From positions 224,001 to 288,000 of the forward strand of contig JANRKS010000040.1 of the NCBI GenBank assembly GCA_033763315.1: 64,000 nucleotides of DNA, in the 5' to 3' direction. Both the position numbers and the translations under genes were made by a program. The notes under the pieces are model-generated. The model ran no database searches, was not told where the DNA came from, and was given only the letters and a program-made list of their open reading frames with translations. The DNA is from Deltaproteobacteria bacterium. GTDB taxonomy: Bacteria > Myxococcota_A > Polyangia > Fen-1088. Below, piece after piece: positions 1 through 9,591 of the stretch; positions within the stretch are counted from its first letter, which is position 1, and every line of letters begins with the position of its first letter.

Positions 1-357
1 GCCATCATGGATCCCATTGGCCTCGCGTTGGAGAACTTTGATGCTCTGGGCGAATACCGCACGATGGATTCCGGCAAGCCCATCGATGCCACGGGTGATC
101 TGGACGATACCAAGTTTAATGGTGCGGCAGAACTATCGAAGGTCTTGGCGGCGCGCGAAGACGTGAACCAGTGCTTGGTCAACAACCTGTTCCGCTACGC
201 CCTGGGACACGTCGAGACGGATGACGAAGCGGCAGCGCTTGCGCATCTGGCGCAGCTTTGGAACGACAAGCAGCACGACGTCAAAGCGCTGTTCTCATTG
301 TTGGCCGCACACGATTCATTCACGTTCGTCACCTCGCCCGAACAAGGAAGCAACTGA
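1..357 (+). CDS. DUF1592/DUF1588/DUF1585-family protein, C-terminal part (module copy 1, 5'-truncated by window)
   Basis: Frame open from base 1 (AIMDPIGLALENFDALGEYR...QCLVNNLFRYALG). Same C-terminal motifs as the four full-length paralogs. TGA at 355-357 overlaps the next ATG. Confidence 0.85.
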   Translation, partial: AIMDPIGLALENFDALGEYRTMDSGKPIDATGDLDDTKFNGAAELSKVLAAREDVNQCLVNNLFRYALGHVETDDEAAALAHLAQLWNDKQHDVKALFSLLAAHDSFTFVTSPEQGSN

Positions 358-1727
358 TGAAAACGATTCAGCCCGTGCGCCTATCTCGACGCTCTGTTTT
401 GCGCGGCAGTGTGAGTGGCGCCAGCATCATACTCGGGTTGCCCGTGTTGGACGCCATGCTCAATTCACACGGCACGGCCTTGGCGGCAGGCCAAGCTTTC
501 CCCGTGCGCATGGGCGTGTGGTTCTGGGGCAACGGTGTGCGTCTTTCTAAATGGAATCCCACAGCCACGGGGACCAACTGGCAGCTTTCCGAAACGCTGG
601 CGCCCTTCGCCAACGTCAAAGCCAAGATGACGGTGGTATCGGGCATGAATGTAAAGACGCCCGACCTGCGCGCGCATCACTCGGGGCAAGCGGCGATTTT
701 GACCGGCGCACCACCCTTGGCGCAGGCGCCAAAGAACGGCGCGCCGTTCGCATCCACGTTCCGCACGGCATCGATTGATCAAATGGCCGCCGCGGTGATC
801 GGCACACAATCAAAGTTCCGTTCGCTTCAAGTGGGCGTTTCAAACAACGCCAACCGTGGTGAAGGCACCAACCTGCAGCACATTTCGCACAACGGGCCCG
901 ACAACGCCAACCCTTCTGAATACGACGCGCCCAAGGTCTTCAATCGCCTGTTTTCGGGCCCCCTGCCAACTTCCACGCCCAGCACGCCCGCGCCTGCCGA
1001 TATGACGCTGGCGTTGCGCAAATCCGTACTTGATGCCGTCTTGGCGGATATGAACGCGCTGAAAGCAAAGGTGGGCAGCAACGACCGAAAGCGGTTGGAA
1101 CAACACGCAGAGAACGTGCGGGCGATTGAGCTGCGCCTCGCGGCGCCCAACGGCGGCGGAAGCGTCAGCCTGTCTGCATGCAAAAAGCCTGCAACACCGG
1201 GTGCCCCCAACAGCGTCTCCAGTCGCAACCAGATGATGGCGGATCTCATGGTGATGGCGCTCGCGTGCGATCTAACGCGGGTGTTTACGTATCAATTCAG
1301 CTCAGGCGTTGATTCGACGATTTACAGCGAAGCGGGCGTCAATGGGACGCATCATCAACTGACGCACGACGAAGGCGGCGATCAACCGAATGTGCAGAAG
1401 ATCTGCGTGTTCATGATGAAGCAGTTCGCCTATTTCGCGGAACGGCTGGCGGGCGTGCAAGAGGGCGATAAGACCCTGCTCGACAACTGCAGCATCTTGG
1501 GCACAACGGATTGCGCCGAAGGCCAGCCCCATTCACTGACGGACTACCCGATGATACTGATGGGCGGCGCGGGCGGACGGCTGAAAACCGGATTGCACTA
1601 CCGCTCGAACGGCGAGAACGCCACGATGGTGTTGATGTCGGTGCTCAAGTCTGTGGGTGCCCCTTTGGCAGAACTTGGCGCCGGCAACGGCAAAGCCACC
1701 ACGGGCTTGGCGGCGATCGAAGCCTAA
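357..1727 (+). CDS. DUF1552 (HXXSHH) family Tat-exported protein (copy 1)
   Basis: Start moved to the ATG at 357 (TGATG coupling, AAGGAAG upstream). Twin-Arg LSRRSVLRG, SIDQ, ALACDLTRV, HHQLTH. Confidence 0.88.
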   Translation: MKTIQPVRLSRRSVLRGSVSGASIILGLPVLDAMLNSHGTALAAGQAFPVRMGVWFWGNGVRLSKWNPTATGTNWQLSETLAPFANVKAKMTVVSGMNVKTPDLRAHHSGQAAILTGAPPLAQAPKNGAPFASTFRTASIDQMAAAVIGTQSKFRSLQVGVSNNANRGEGTNLQHISHNGPDNANPSEYDAPKVFNRLFSGPLPTSTPSTPAPADMTLALRKSVLDAVLADMNALKAKVGSNDRKRLEQHAENVRAIELRLAAPNGGGSVSLSACKKPATPGAPNSVSSRNQMMADLMVMALACDLTRVFTYQFSSGVDSTIYSEAGVNGTHHQLTHDEGGDQPNVQKICVFMMKQFAYFAERLAGVQEGDKTLLDNCSILGTTDCAEGQPHSLTDYPMILMGGAGGRLKTGLHYRSNGENATMVLMSVLKSVGAPLAELGAGNGKATTGLAAIEA

Positions 1728-4114
1728 GAAGCCGAGCGAATCGTGGCGCCGCTTTCAGCTGTGGCGGGTGGAGGCGGCAGCGGCACAAAGTCAGTGTGCG
1801 GATCAAAACCCGGGCCGGCACAGAACACGCGCAGTAGGCCTTCCTGATCCGCATCTTGCGGCGGATGCTGCCAGCGCGCGCAAAAGCGCAACCAACCGGG
1901 CGTCGCTGGTCGACGTGGGTGCACCACAACCCACCTTTCTGGCAAGTGGCCCAAGCTTTCAACGTAGGATTCTGACGCCAGCGCGGCGATGTAGCCGCGC
2001 CTGAGCAGACGAACGCAAAAGTCTTCCACCTCGCCGCCTCCGTCCGCATAGTTTGGATCAAAGCCACCCACGTCATTGATGAGCCCACGCCGCACGAGAA
2101 AGCAGAAGCCGCCAAAGCGCGGCATCGCTCCAAACGCCGCGAAATGGTTTGCGCGGCGGTGATCGGCAAAGGTGGCGATCGTGTCGGGGGTGTCGAAGTA
2201 CTTTGGCCGCGCGCCTCGTTGCGGGCGAGGCCCCACATTTGACACCGGGCACACGACGCCAATGTTTGGGTTCACCCGCATCAACGCAAGCATCGGCAAA
2301 AGCCAGCCCTTGGTCACAACCACGTCGCCGTTCATCACAATGATGTTTTGTGCTGTGGCCATGGCCAAGCCTTCGTTGACGCTCACAGGAAAGCTGCGTG
2401 GCCTTTCATGTCGCACGAACGTGGCGCGTGCCGCTGTGGTGGCCAACACCTTGTCAAAGCATGCACGTAAGGATTCGGCAGAGCCATCGTCGATGACGAT
2501 AAGCTCAAGGCGGGCCTGCGTGTGCTGCAGCAGTGCCTGCAGCGCCTGCGTGAAGGCCACTTCGCCATCGCGCGCGACCATGATCACAGAGACGTCTTCG
2601 GCGCGGGGGTCATCGCATGCGGCGCTGAGGTTCATGAGATACTGCTTGCGTGGTTGCATGCCGCTGTCGGGAAACACCTGCAGAAACGGATAAACCGTGA
2701 CGTCCCGTGCGGCAGACATGGCAAGGCCACGCTCGCCCAAGAGCCGCGACCAAACCTGCGGATGGCCACCAGGCACACCGTCTGGACGCAGGTCAAGCAG
2801 GGTTTCCAGCAGCTCGCGTTGCGCCAGCACGACGCCGCTTGTGAGAAATGGGGTGGCTTCCAATGTGCCTGGTGGCAACGCTGCCGGCAACGACATGCCG
2901 CCCAGGTGTTTAGGAATCGGGGTGAGCAAATCAGGTGTGAAACGGCAGCCACCATCGGCCTGCGATGCACACACAGCGCCCGCCCGCGGGTTCGCCAAGG
3001 CGTGCGCCACCAACCGATCCAGCCAGCCATCGAGCACGCGCCACGCGCACACCACCACGGCGGCGTAAGGTCGCGTCACTTGCGCAAGACCCGCTTGCCA
3101 AGCCGCGGCCAACCCACGATACGTGGGAAGCCGAATCAAGCGGCACCGGTCCGCATGCGCTTGCGCGAACGTCTCAAGGTACTTGGTTAAGGCACCCACG
3201 CCGCCATCGTCAACCACAATGAGTTGATCCTCGACGCTCAATGTGGCGAATACATTCTCAAGGCAAGGTGGCGCTTCGGTCAGCTGATCGTGAACCGCCA
3301 CAACCACGCTAACGCCCGGGCGCCCCGTGCTCACAGGTATGGGTAGGGCGAGCGTGCGAAAGTCGCTTTCAAAACGATGAAAGCGCCCGATCCATTTGCT
3401 GTTCAAAAGCTCTTCGTTGCGTCCCGAATCGGTGAACCGCCCTTCGCTAAGAGACTCATAGTGTGTGACCACGGCGTGCGGCGTGTAGACCACGCGGTAT
3501 CCCGCCTCGCGCACACGCAAGCACAGGTCCACATCTTCATAGCCCATGCGGAAATCTTCATCGAAACCACCCAGACGTTCGAACAGCTCGCGTGGCATCA
3601 AACTGCATGCGGCCGTAACCGCGTTCAGGTCGAGCATCTTTGTACTGACGTCTGCCGGCTGGCCGTAGTGCATGTGAAAGGGCGAAATCGGCCGTGGCGC
3701 ACAGTAAGAAAACGCGACGCCGGCGTGTTGAATCGTGCCGTTGGGAAACAGCAGCTTGCACCCAACCACGCCCACATTGTCTAAGCCCTCAATGGCGGCC
3801 AACATCTCGTCCAGCCAACGTGCTTGCACTTCGGTGTCGTTGTTCAAGAACAGCAGATACTTGCCTGTGGCCACCCTTGCGGCTCTGTTGTTGTTCCAAG
3901 CAAACCCCCGGTTGGTTTCATTGCGCAAAACGCGAATGCCCTCAAGCAAGGGAAGCCCCGCCTTGGTTTCGTCCGTCGAGGCGTCGTCAACGACGATGAC
4001 TTCGTGAGGGATGTGCGCCGTGTGGCGCATGATCGAAAACAGGCAGCGCAGCGTGTACTCCCACAGGTTGAACACCGGGATGATGATTGAAACCAAAGGC
4101 GCCTGCGCGGACAT
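1724..4114 (-). CDS. Glycosyltransferase family 2 protein with three tandem GT-A domains
   Basis: Three VS(I/V)... / V(V/I)DD(A/G)(S/G) starts. FLNNDT and GYEDVDLC in domain 1, VMNGDV in domain 3. Confidence 0.88.
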   Translation of the reverse strand: MSAQAPLVSIIIPVFNLWEYTLRCLFSIMRHTAHIPHEVIVVDDASTDETKAGLPLLEGIRVLRNETNRGFAWNNNRAARVATGKYLLFLNNDTEVQARWLDEMLAAIEGLDNVGVVGCKLLFPNGTIQHAGVAFSYCAPRPISPFHMHYGQPADVSTKMLDLNAVTAACSLMPRELFERLGGFDEDFRMGYEDVDLCLRVREAGYRVVYTPHAVVTHYESLSEGRFTDSGRNEELLNSKWIGRFHRFESDFRTLALPIPVSTGRPGVSVVVAVHDQLTEAPPCLENVFATLSVEDQLIVVDDGGVGALTKYLETFAQAHADRCRLIRLPTYRGLAAAWQAGLAQVTRPYAAVVVCAWRVLDGWLDRLVAHALANPRAGAVCASQADGGCRFTPDLLTPIPKHLGGMSLPAALPPGTLEATPFLTSGVVLAQRELLETLLDLRPDGVPGGHPQVWSRLLGERGLAMSAARDVTVYPFLQVFPDSGMQPRKQYLMNLSAACDDPRAEDVSVIMVARDGEVAFTQALQALLQHTQARLELIVIDDGSAESLRACFDKVLATTAARATFVRHERPRSFPVSVNEGLAMATAQNIIVMNGDVVVTKGWLLPMLALMRVNPNIGVVCPVSNVGPRPQRGARPKYFDTPDTIATFADHRRANHFAAFGAMPRFGGFCFLVRRGLINDVGGFDPNYADGGGEVEDFCVRLLRRGYIAALASESYVESLGHLPERWVVVHPRRPATPGWLRFCARWQHPPQDADQEGLLRVFCAGPGFDPHTDFVPLPPPPATAESGATIRSAS

Positions 4115-4128
4115 GGCCGGTAGCCAAC

Positions 4129-4144
4129 AGCAAGGCGGGTGCCA
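4129..4144 (-). promoter_or_regulatory. sigma54 (-24/-12) promoter for the triple GT2 gene
   Basis: Minus strand reads TGGCAC-CCGCC-TTGCT, matching the TGGCAC-N5-TTGCW consensus, 15 bp before the ATG at 4114. Confidence 0.75.
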
Positions 4145-4239
4145 ACCCCCGGGGTCTGGCTCCGGCGGCGCAAGGTAAGCAAATGCCGTCGTTTACGGTG
4201 CTTGAGGGCACCGAGGTGGTTCGGCGGCCTGGGTGGACG

Positions 4240-4272
4240 CGTCACTTCTTTGACGAAGCCATATTTATGACG
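4240..4272. promoter_or_regulatory. Tandem putative enhancer (bEBP UAS) palindromes
   Basis: CGTCA-cttctt-TGACG (4240-4255) and AGCCA-tattta-TGACG (4257-4272) lie between two divergent sigma54 promoters. Confidence 0.55.
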
Positions 4273-4327
4273 ACCGAATGCCCCAGGCAAGAGCCCGTAA
4301 TTCGTGAGCTTTACAGACCAGGAGCGG

Positions 4328-4343
4328 TGGCATGTCGATTGCT
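4328..4343 (+). promoter_or_regulatory. sigma54 promoter for the sugar-biosynthesis operon
   Basis: TGGCAT-GTCGA-TTGCT upstream of the ATG at 4370. Confidence 0.72.
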
Positions 4344-4369
4344 GTAACGAGGTAGCCGCACCCGCGCTT

Positions 4370-4789
4370 ATGAAGCCATCCATCGACAACGTTCGCCTGA
4401 TTGAGCTGCCGTCCCACGCGGATGGCCGCGGCGTCCTTACGTCGATTGAGCAGATGGAGAGCATCCCGATTGAGATCAAGCGCGTGTTCTACATGCACAA
4501 CATCGTTTCGGACCGCGGTGGCCACGCCCACATCGACACAGATCAGGTGATCATCCCACTGCACGGCAGCTTCTGCGTCAACACGTTCGATGGGGAGCGC
4601 GAGCGGGAACATTTCATGGATGACGCCACCCGCGGTCTTTACACGCCCCGCCTGACATTTTTGACCCTGCATCGGTTCTCGCCCGGCGCTGTGTGTTTGG
4701 TGTTGGCCAACACAAGATACGACATGCGCCGCTCGTTGCGGAAGCGGCAAGACTACCTCGATCATTTGGCTCACGCAGGGATGATTTAG
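4370..4789 (+). CDS. FdtA/QdtA/WxcM-like cupin, dTDP-4-keto-6-deoxyhexose 3,4-ketoisomerase
   Basis: DGRGVLTSIE...IPIEIKRVFY...RGGHAH motif. Start placed at the ATG 4370, downstream of the promoter. Confidence 0.85.
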   Translation: MKPSIDNVRLIELPSHADGRGVLTSIEQMESIPIEIKRVFYMHNIVSDRGGHAHIDTDQVIIPLHGSFCVNTFDGEREREHFMDDATRGLYTPRLTFLTLHRFSPGAVCLVLANTRYDMRRSLRKRQDYLDHLAHAGMI

Positions 4790-4791
4790 TC

Positions 4792-6222
4792 ATGTCGTAC
4801 GGCGTGGTTCGCGGCGGCTTTTTCCATTCGTCCTTGGCGCACGGCAATCGTTTCCAACCGTTCGACGAATTCCTCGCTTGGTTCCACAGCAAGCTGACAG
4901 TCGGACACTTCTCGGTCGTGCGGGCTCCCCTTGACCAACTGGACATGTGGCAATTCGAAGGCGACCGCGACGTGCTTCGGCATACGTCTGGGAGGTTCTT
5001 CCGCATCGAAGGTTTGCGCGTGCGCACGACGTTCGGCAGCACCCCCACCTGGGATCAGCCCATCATCAATCAGCCCGAGATCGGCATACTGGGGATACTG
5101 ACGAAGGTGTTCGACGGCGTTCGCTATTTTCTTATGCAAGCCAAGATGGAGCCGGGCAATGTGAACGTGCTTCAGCTGTCGCCTACCGTGCAGGCCACCA
5201 AAAGCAACTTCTCTCGCGTGCATAAGGGAAAGCTGCCCGCCTACCTTGAATACTTCGTTGAACGCGGCAAAGCCAAAGTGCTGATCGACCAGCTTCAAAC
5301 CGAGCAAGGTGGGCGATTTCTGCGCAAACGCAACCGAAACATCGTCATCGAAGTGAATGATGAGGTTCCGGTGCACGACGACTTCAAGTGGCTCACCTTG
5401 GCCGAGCTTCGCAAACTTCTGTTGATCGACAACTTCGTCAACATGGACGCGCGCAGTGTTTTATCTACGATACCCATGCTGGACGACGAACAACTTGTTC
5501 GGTTGCGCCACACGGGCATCGAAGGTGTGGTGGCAAACGGCGGGCTTTCGCCCTTGGGCCACAGCATCGTGCAATCGTTGTGCGACGAAACAGATGGCTA
5601 CCGCACCCGCGATGAAGTGATTTCATGGTTCACGGAGCAGCTGGTCCGCTATGAACTGGACGTGCAAAAGGTGCCGCTATCGCAGCTTGACGGCTGGACG
5701 ATCAGCGATTGGGAGATCACGCGCGGGCCACGGTTCTTCAGCGTCATCGGCGTCCGCGTGGAGGCGGGTTCGCGCGAAGTGGCGCGCTGGTCGCAACCAC
5801 TGATTGCTGATGCCCACATTGGCCTCTTGGGCTTCGTCGCCAAGAAGATCAACGGCATACTTCACCTGCTGGTGCAAGCCAAGGTGGAGCCGGGCCACAT
5901 CGACGTGGTGGAGCTGAGCCCCACAGTGTCGTGCTCGAACTATGCAGCGGTGGCTGAGCAGGAGCGACGGCCCGCGTTCTTTGATTACTTCATCGGCGCA
6001 CGGGCCGGCAAGATTCATTTGGACGTTCTGCAATCCGAAGAAGGTGGGCGGTTCTTGGCGCTGCAGAACCGCAACATGCTTGTTGAGGTGGGCGAACACG
6101 AGGCGGTGGATGTTCCGGACAACTTTCTGTGGATGACGCTGTCGCAGATCACCGAGCTCATGCGGCACAGTATGTTTAACATCGAAGCCCGGAGCCTCAT
6201 CTCGGGCCTGGGGTTCGGTTAG
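4792..6222 (+). CDS. NDP-hexose 2,3-dehydratase (EvaA/EryBVI-like)
   Basis: Duplicated domain: WDQPII...QAKMEPGN...QLSPTVQATKSN...EQGGRF, then WSQPLI...QAKVEPG...ELSPTV...SEEGGRF. Confidence 0.9.
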   Translation: MSYGVVRGGFFHSSLAHGNRFQPFDEFLAWFHSKLTVGHFSVVRAPLDQLDMWQFEGDRDVLRHTSGRFFRIEGLRVRTTFGSTPTWDQPIINQPEIGILGILTKVFDGVRYFLMQAKMEPGNVNVLQLSPTVQATKSNFSRVHKGKLPAYLEYFVERGKAKVLIDQLQTEQGGRFLRKRNRNIVIEVNDEVPVHDDFKWLTLAELRKLLLIDNFVNMDARSVLSTIPMLDDEQLVRLRHTGIEGVVANGGLSPLGHSIVQSLCDETDGYRTRDEVISWFTEQLVRYELDVQKVPLSQLDGWTISDWEITRGPRFFSVIGVRVEAGSREVARWSQPLIADAHIGLLGFVAKKINGILHLLVQAKVEPGHIDVVELSPTVSCSNYAAVAEQERRPAFFDYFIGARAGKIHLDVLQSEEGGRFLALQNRNMLVEVGEHEAVDVPDNFLWMTLSQITELMRHSMFNIEARSLISGLGFG

Positions 6223-6229
6223 GTCAGCC

Positions 6230-7204
6230 ATGCATGTGCTCTTCTTGGGCAATTCGCAGCTGGTCAACCGACGCCTCTTGCCAAGCTTAGCGTCGCTGCC
6301 GCAGATCACGCGCGTGAGCGTGGCACGCTTTGGCGAAAAGCCGTGGCCCACGACGCCGCCGCCCGTGCCGTGCCATCGATATGATGGCTTCGAGGAGGCC
6401 GAACGGCACTGCCAGCCCGACATCGTTTATGTTTCGACTGTCAACAGCGCGCACCACGAATGCGCCGCCCGATGGCTGGAGCGCGGCTGCCACGTGATCG
6501 TGGATAAGCCGGCCACGCTGCGCCCGCAAGACACGCAATCCTTGGTGGCCCTGGCCACCCGGCACAACGTGCTGCTGGCAGAGGCCACTGTTTACACGTA
6601 CCACCCGCAAATCGCCTTGCTGCGGTCGCTTTTTGCACCTGGAGGGCCACGGCAAGCGACGGTGCAATTTGCCTTTCCCCCCCTGGATCCGGGCAACTTT
6701 CGTTACCGTGCAGACCTGGGGGGCGGAGCCGTTCTCGACACCGCCGCTTATGCTGCCTCCGTTGGTCGCGTGTTCTTTGGCAGCCTGCCATCCACCGTGG
6801 CGGCGGTTTGCGGGGAACGTACACCCGAAGGCCTTTGCGTCGCATACAGCACGCTAATGCAATACCCGGGTGGGAAAACGATGATCGGTCACTTCGGGTT
6901 TCGCTCCGAGTACATCAACAGGTTGCACCTCGCAGGCGAAAGCATGAGCGCACAGATCGACCGCGTGTTCACCACACCCGAAGATCTTGGCAACCCGATA
7001 CACGTGCAAAAGCAAAACCTGCGCTCGACGGTCCACGCTGAGCCGGCCAACGCCTTTGCCTGCTTTTTCCGCGCGGTGTTCCGCGCGTTGGAGCAACGCA
7101 GATTTGAAGCGTTCGCTCACGATATGCTTTTCGATGCCACCGTGACCGAGCAGCTGCAGCGGCAGCTTGCCCCAGCCGAAAGAGACGCGACGACATGCCG
7201 ATAA
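6230..7204 (+). CDS. Gfo/Idh/MocA oxidoreductase, probable NDP-hexose ketoreductase
   Basis: VYVSTVNSAHHE, HVIVDKP, NFRYRADLGGGAVLD. Located next to the 2,3-dehydratase. Confidence 0.8.
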   Translation: MHVLFLGNSQLVNRRLLPSLASLPQITRVSVARFGEKPWPTTPPPVPCHRYDGFEEAERHCQPDIVYVSTVNSAHHECAARWLERGCHVIVDKPATLRPQDTQSLVALATRHNVLLAEATVYTYHPQIALLRSLFAPGGPRQATVQFAFPPLDPGNFRYRADLGGGAVLDTAAYAASVGRVFFGSLPSTVAAVCGERTPEGLCVAYSTLMQYPGGKTMIGHFGFRSEYINRLHLAGESMSAQIDRVFTTPEDLGNPIHVQKQNLRSTVHAEPANAFACFFRAVFRALEQRRFEAFAHDMLFDATVTEQLQRQLAPAERDATTCR

Positions 7205-8301
7205 AGGTTTGGGAATACCTGCAAGAATACGCCACAGAGAAGGACGAAGTCCGCCAAGCCATCAATGAAGTGCTCGACTCCGGCTGGCTGATCCTGGGCG
7301 ACAAGGTGGCCGCGTTCGAGCAGGCATACGCCGCTTACTGCGGCACGACCTTTGGCGTGGGCGTGGACAATGGCACGAACGCCCTATTTTTGGCGCTAAA
7401 GGCTCTAAACGTGGGCGCGGGCGATGAGGTCATCACAGTCGCAAACACGGCGGTGCCTACCGTAAGCGCGATCGTTTCCACCGGGGCCACGCCCGTGTTC
7501 GTAGATGTGGAGCAGGCCACAGCCCTTATGGACGTGGGGCAACTTGAAAGCAAGGTCACGTCGCGCACCAAAGTCTTGTTACCCGTGCACTTATACGGCC
7601 AATGCGTAGACATGGACGCGGTCAACGCCGTAGCAAACCGTCATGCCCTGGCCGTGCTGGAAGATTGCGCCCAAAGCCACGGCGCCGAGTACAAAGGCCG
7701 CAAGGCCGGCAGCTTAGGCACCATCTCGGCCACTTCATTTTACCCCACCAAGATCTTGGGGACGTTCGGCGACGGCGGGATGGTGAACACCTCGTCGGAG
7801 GCCCTCGCGCAAAAGCTAAAACGCTTGCGGTTCTACGGCATGGAGAAGTCGTACTACGCCATCGAGCACGGCTATAACTCGAGGCTAGACGAGCTTCACG
7901 CGAACATCCTGCTGAAGAAGCTGGCGCATCTGCCCACCTACCTTGCGCGGCGGCGCGCGCTCGCAGCCAACTACGATCGGCTGTTGTCCGGATCTGGCTT
8001 GGGGCTACCCAGCGTGCGGACCGACGCCAATCACGCGTACTACCTTTATGTGGTCCGCCACCCGGCACGCGATCGTATTCTGGCGGAGTTGAAGCAACGC
8101 GAGATTCTGCTGAACGTGAGTTACCCGTGGCCGATTCATACAATGACCGGCTATGCACATCTTGGATACAAAGAGGGCGACTTGCCTGTGACCGAGGCCC
8201 TGGCAACCCAGATCTTCTCGCTGCCCATGTACCCATCGTTGACCGATGAACAGCAACGACTTGTTGTGGATGCCTTGCATGCCGTTCTTAAGGGGCTGTA
8301 A
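7195..8301 (+). CDS. DegT/DnrJ/EryC1 PLP aminotransferase (DnrJ/EvaB-like C3 sugar aminotransferase)
   Basis: VWEYLQEY N-terminus, EDCAQSHG, SFYPTKILG (PLP Lys), GYNSRLDE. Confidence 0.9.
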   Translation: MPIKVWEYLQEYATEKDEVRQAINEVLDSGWLILGDKVAAFEQAYAAYCGTTFGVGVDNGTNALFLALKALNVGAGDEVITVANTAVPTVSAIVSTGATPVFVDVEQATALMDVGQLESKVTSRTKVLLPVHLYGQCVDMDAVNAVANRHALAVLEDCAQSHGAEYKGRKAGSLGTISATSFYPTKILGTFGDGGMVNTSSEALAQKLKRLRFYGMEKSYYAIEHGYNSRLDELHANILLKKLAHLPTYLARRRALAANYDRLLSGSGLGLPSVRTDANHAYYLYVVRHPARDRILAELKQREILLNVSYPWPIHTMTGYAHLGYKEGDLPVTEALATQIFSLPMYPSLTDEQQRLVVDALHAVLKGL

Positions 8302-8304
8302 CCA

Positions 8305-9567
8305 ATGGCAACTGAATCATTGACCTCGTTGTTGGACCGCGTGAACCGCGATCCCCGCGACTTGCACGCGTACCAAGGCCTGGTGCAGCTGTTCACCGCA
8401 CGCGGACACCTTGAGCAGGCGCGCGCTTTAGAGGAAGCGCTTCACAGGCACGCGTCTGCGTTTGAGGCGCGCGCTCCGATCGCAACCGATTCCGCCCACG
8501 CCCCACGTGATCGAGAGGCTGTCCTCGCCTTCTTACGCGAAGCCGATCCCAAGTCACAAATTGACCTCATCGCCGCCGTGGCGGGTGAGTATCTGGATCT
8601 GAATCTGGAAGACTCCGAGGTGCAGGCCGCCTTGGTCAGGTGCGAGTCTGCTCACTTCGCGGCTTTGCTGCCACGATGCACAGCGCTTCACACGCGCTTT
8701 CGTCAGCGCAGCTACCGTTTGACGTGCCTTGTTTCCACTTACGCTTCCGCCGCGTTCATTGAGGAATGCCTGGACGATCTTGTGGCACAAACCATCTTCG
8801 CGGACACCGAGGTTCTGATCATCGACGCGTGCTCACCGCAGAACGAAGCTGAGCTGGCGCGTCCCTATCTGAACAAATACGACAATATCCGATACTTCAT
8901 CACGCCCGAACGCATCGGGATCTATCCGGCGTGGACGATGGGATCAATGTTCGCGTCGGCCCCCTATGTCACCCCCTTTAGCACAAACGATCGGCTCGTG
9001 CCCCACGCCTATGAGACACTGGTCGATGCACTCGACAACCACCCTGCGGCGACGTTGGTTTATGGCGACAGCTACCTCACGGATAAGCCTCACCAGAAGA
9101 TCGGCGCCGGCCCGCCCAGTGGCTTTTACCGGTGGCCTGACATCGACTATGGATGGCTTATGTTGAACTGCGGCGTCGGACCGCAACCGATGTGGCGCAA
9201 GGCCGCCCACGAGCACGTGGGCTACTTTGATCGCAGATACAAGGCCACGGGCGATCAGGACTTCTTTTTGCGCCACGCCCGCCGCAATGGGCTGCTGCAC
9301 GTACCTGAAATCACTGGCATGGCGTGGATCACGGATGATTCGCTCTCGGGCCACCCAAGCGCGCTTTCAGAGGCTTTAGACATTCATGTCAAACACTTCA
9401 AAAGTGTATGCATGCGTGTGCCCTTGGCCGCGCGCACTGAGGCCTGGCAGATCTTGCGACGCCGGTACGTGGAATACGTGACCAAGTTGCCGCAACAGGG
9501 CTGCGCCAAAGAAGCGCAAGAGTTGCAACGTCGGCACGGCAGCTTCTTTAGCCAAGTGCCCGAGTAG
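8305..9567 (+). CDS. TPR-like N-terminus plus GT2 glycosyltransferase
   Basis: Helical N-terminus (RDLHAYQGL). GT-A motifs LVSTY, IIDACS, STNDR, GDQDFFLR. Confidence 0.8.
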   Translation: MATESLTSLLDRVNRDPRDLHAYQGLVQLFTARGHLEQARALEEALHRHASAFEARAPIATDSAHAPRDREAVLAFLREADPKSQIDLIAAVAGEYLDLNLEDSEVQAALVRCESAHFAALLPRCTALHTRFRQRSYRLTCLVSTYASAAFIEECLDDLVAQTIFADTEVLIIDACSPQNEAELARPYLNKYDNIRYFITPERIGIYPAWTMGSMFASAPYVTPFSTNDRLVPHAYETLVDALDNHPAATLVYGDSYLTDKPHQKIGAGPPSGFYRWPDIDYGWLMLNCGVGPQPMWRKAAHEHVGYFDRRYKATGDQDFFLRHARRNGLLHVPEITGMAWITDDSLSGHPSALSEALDIHVKHFKSVCMRVPLAARTEAWQILRRRYVEYVTKLPQQGCAKEAQELQRRHGSFFSQVPE

Positions 9568-9591
9568 GAAGGCCGCTGCCGACCACGCGGA

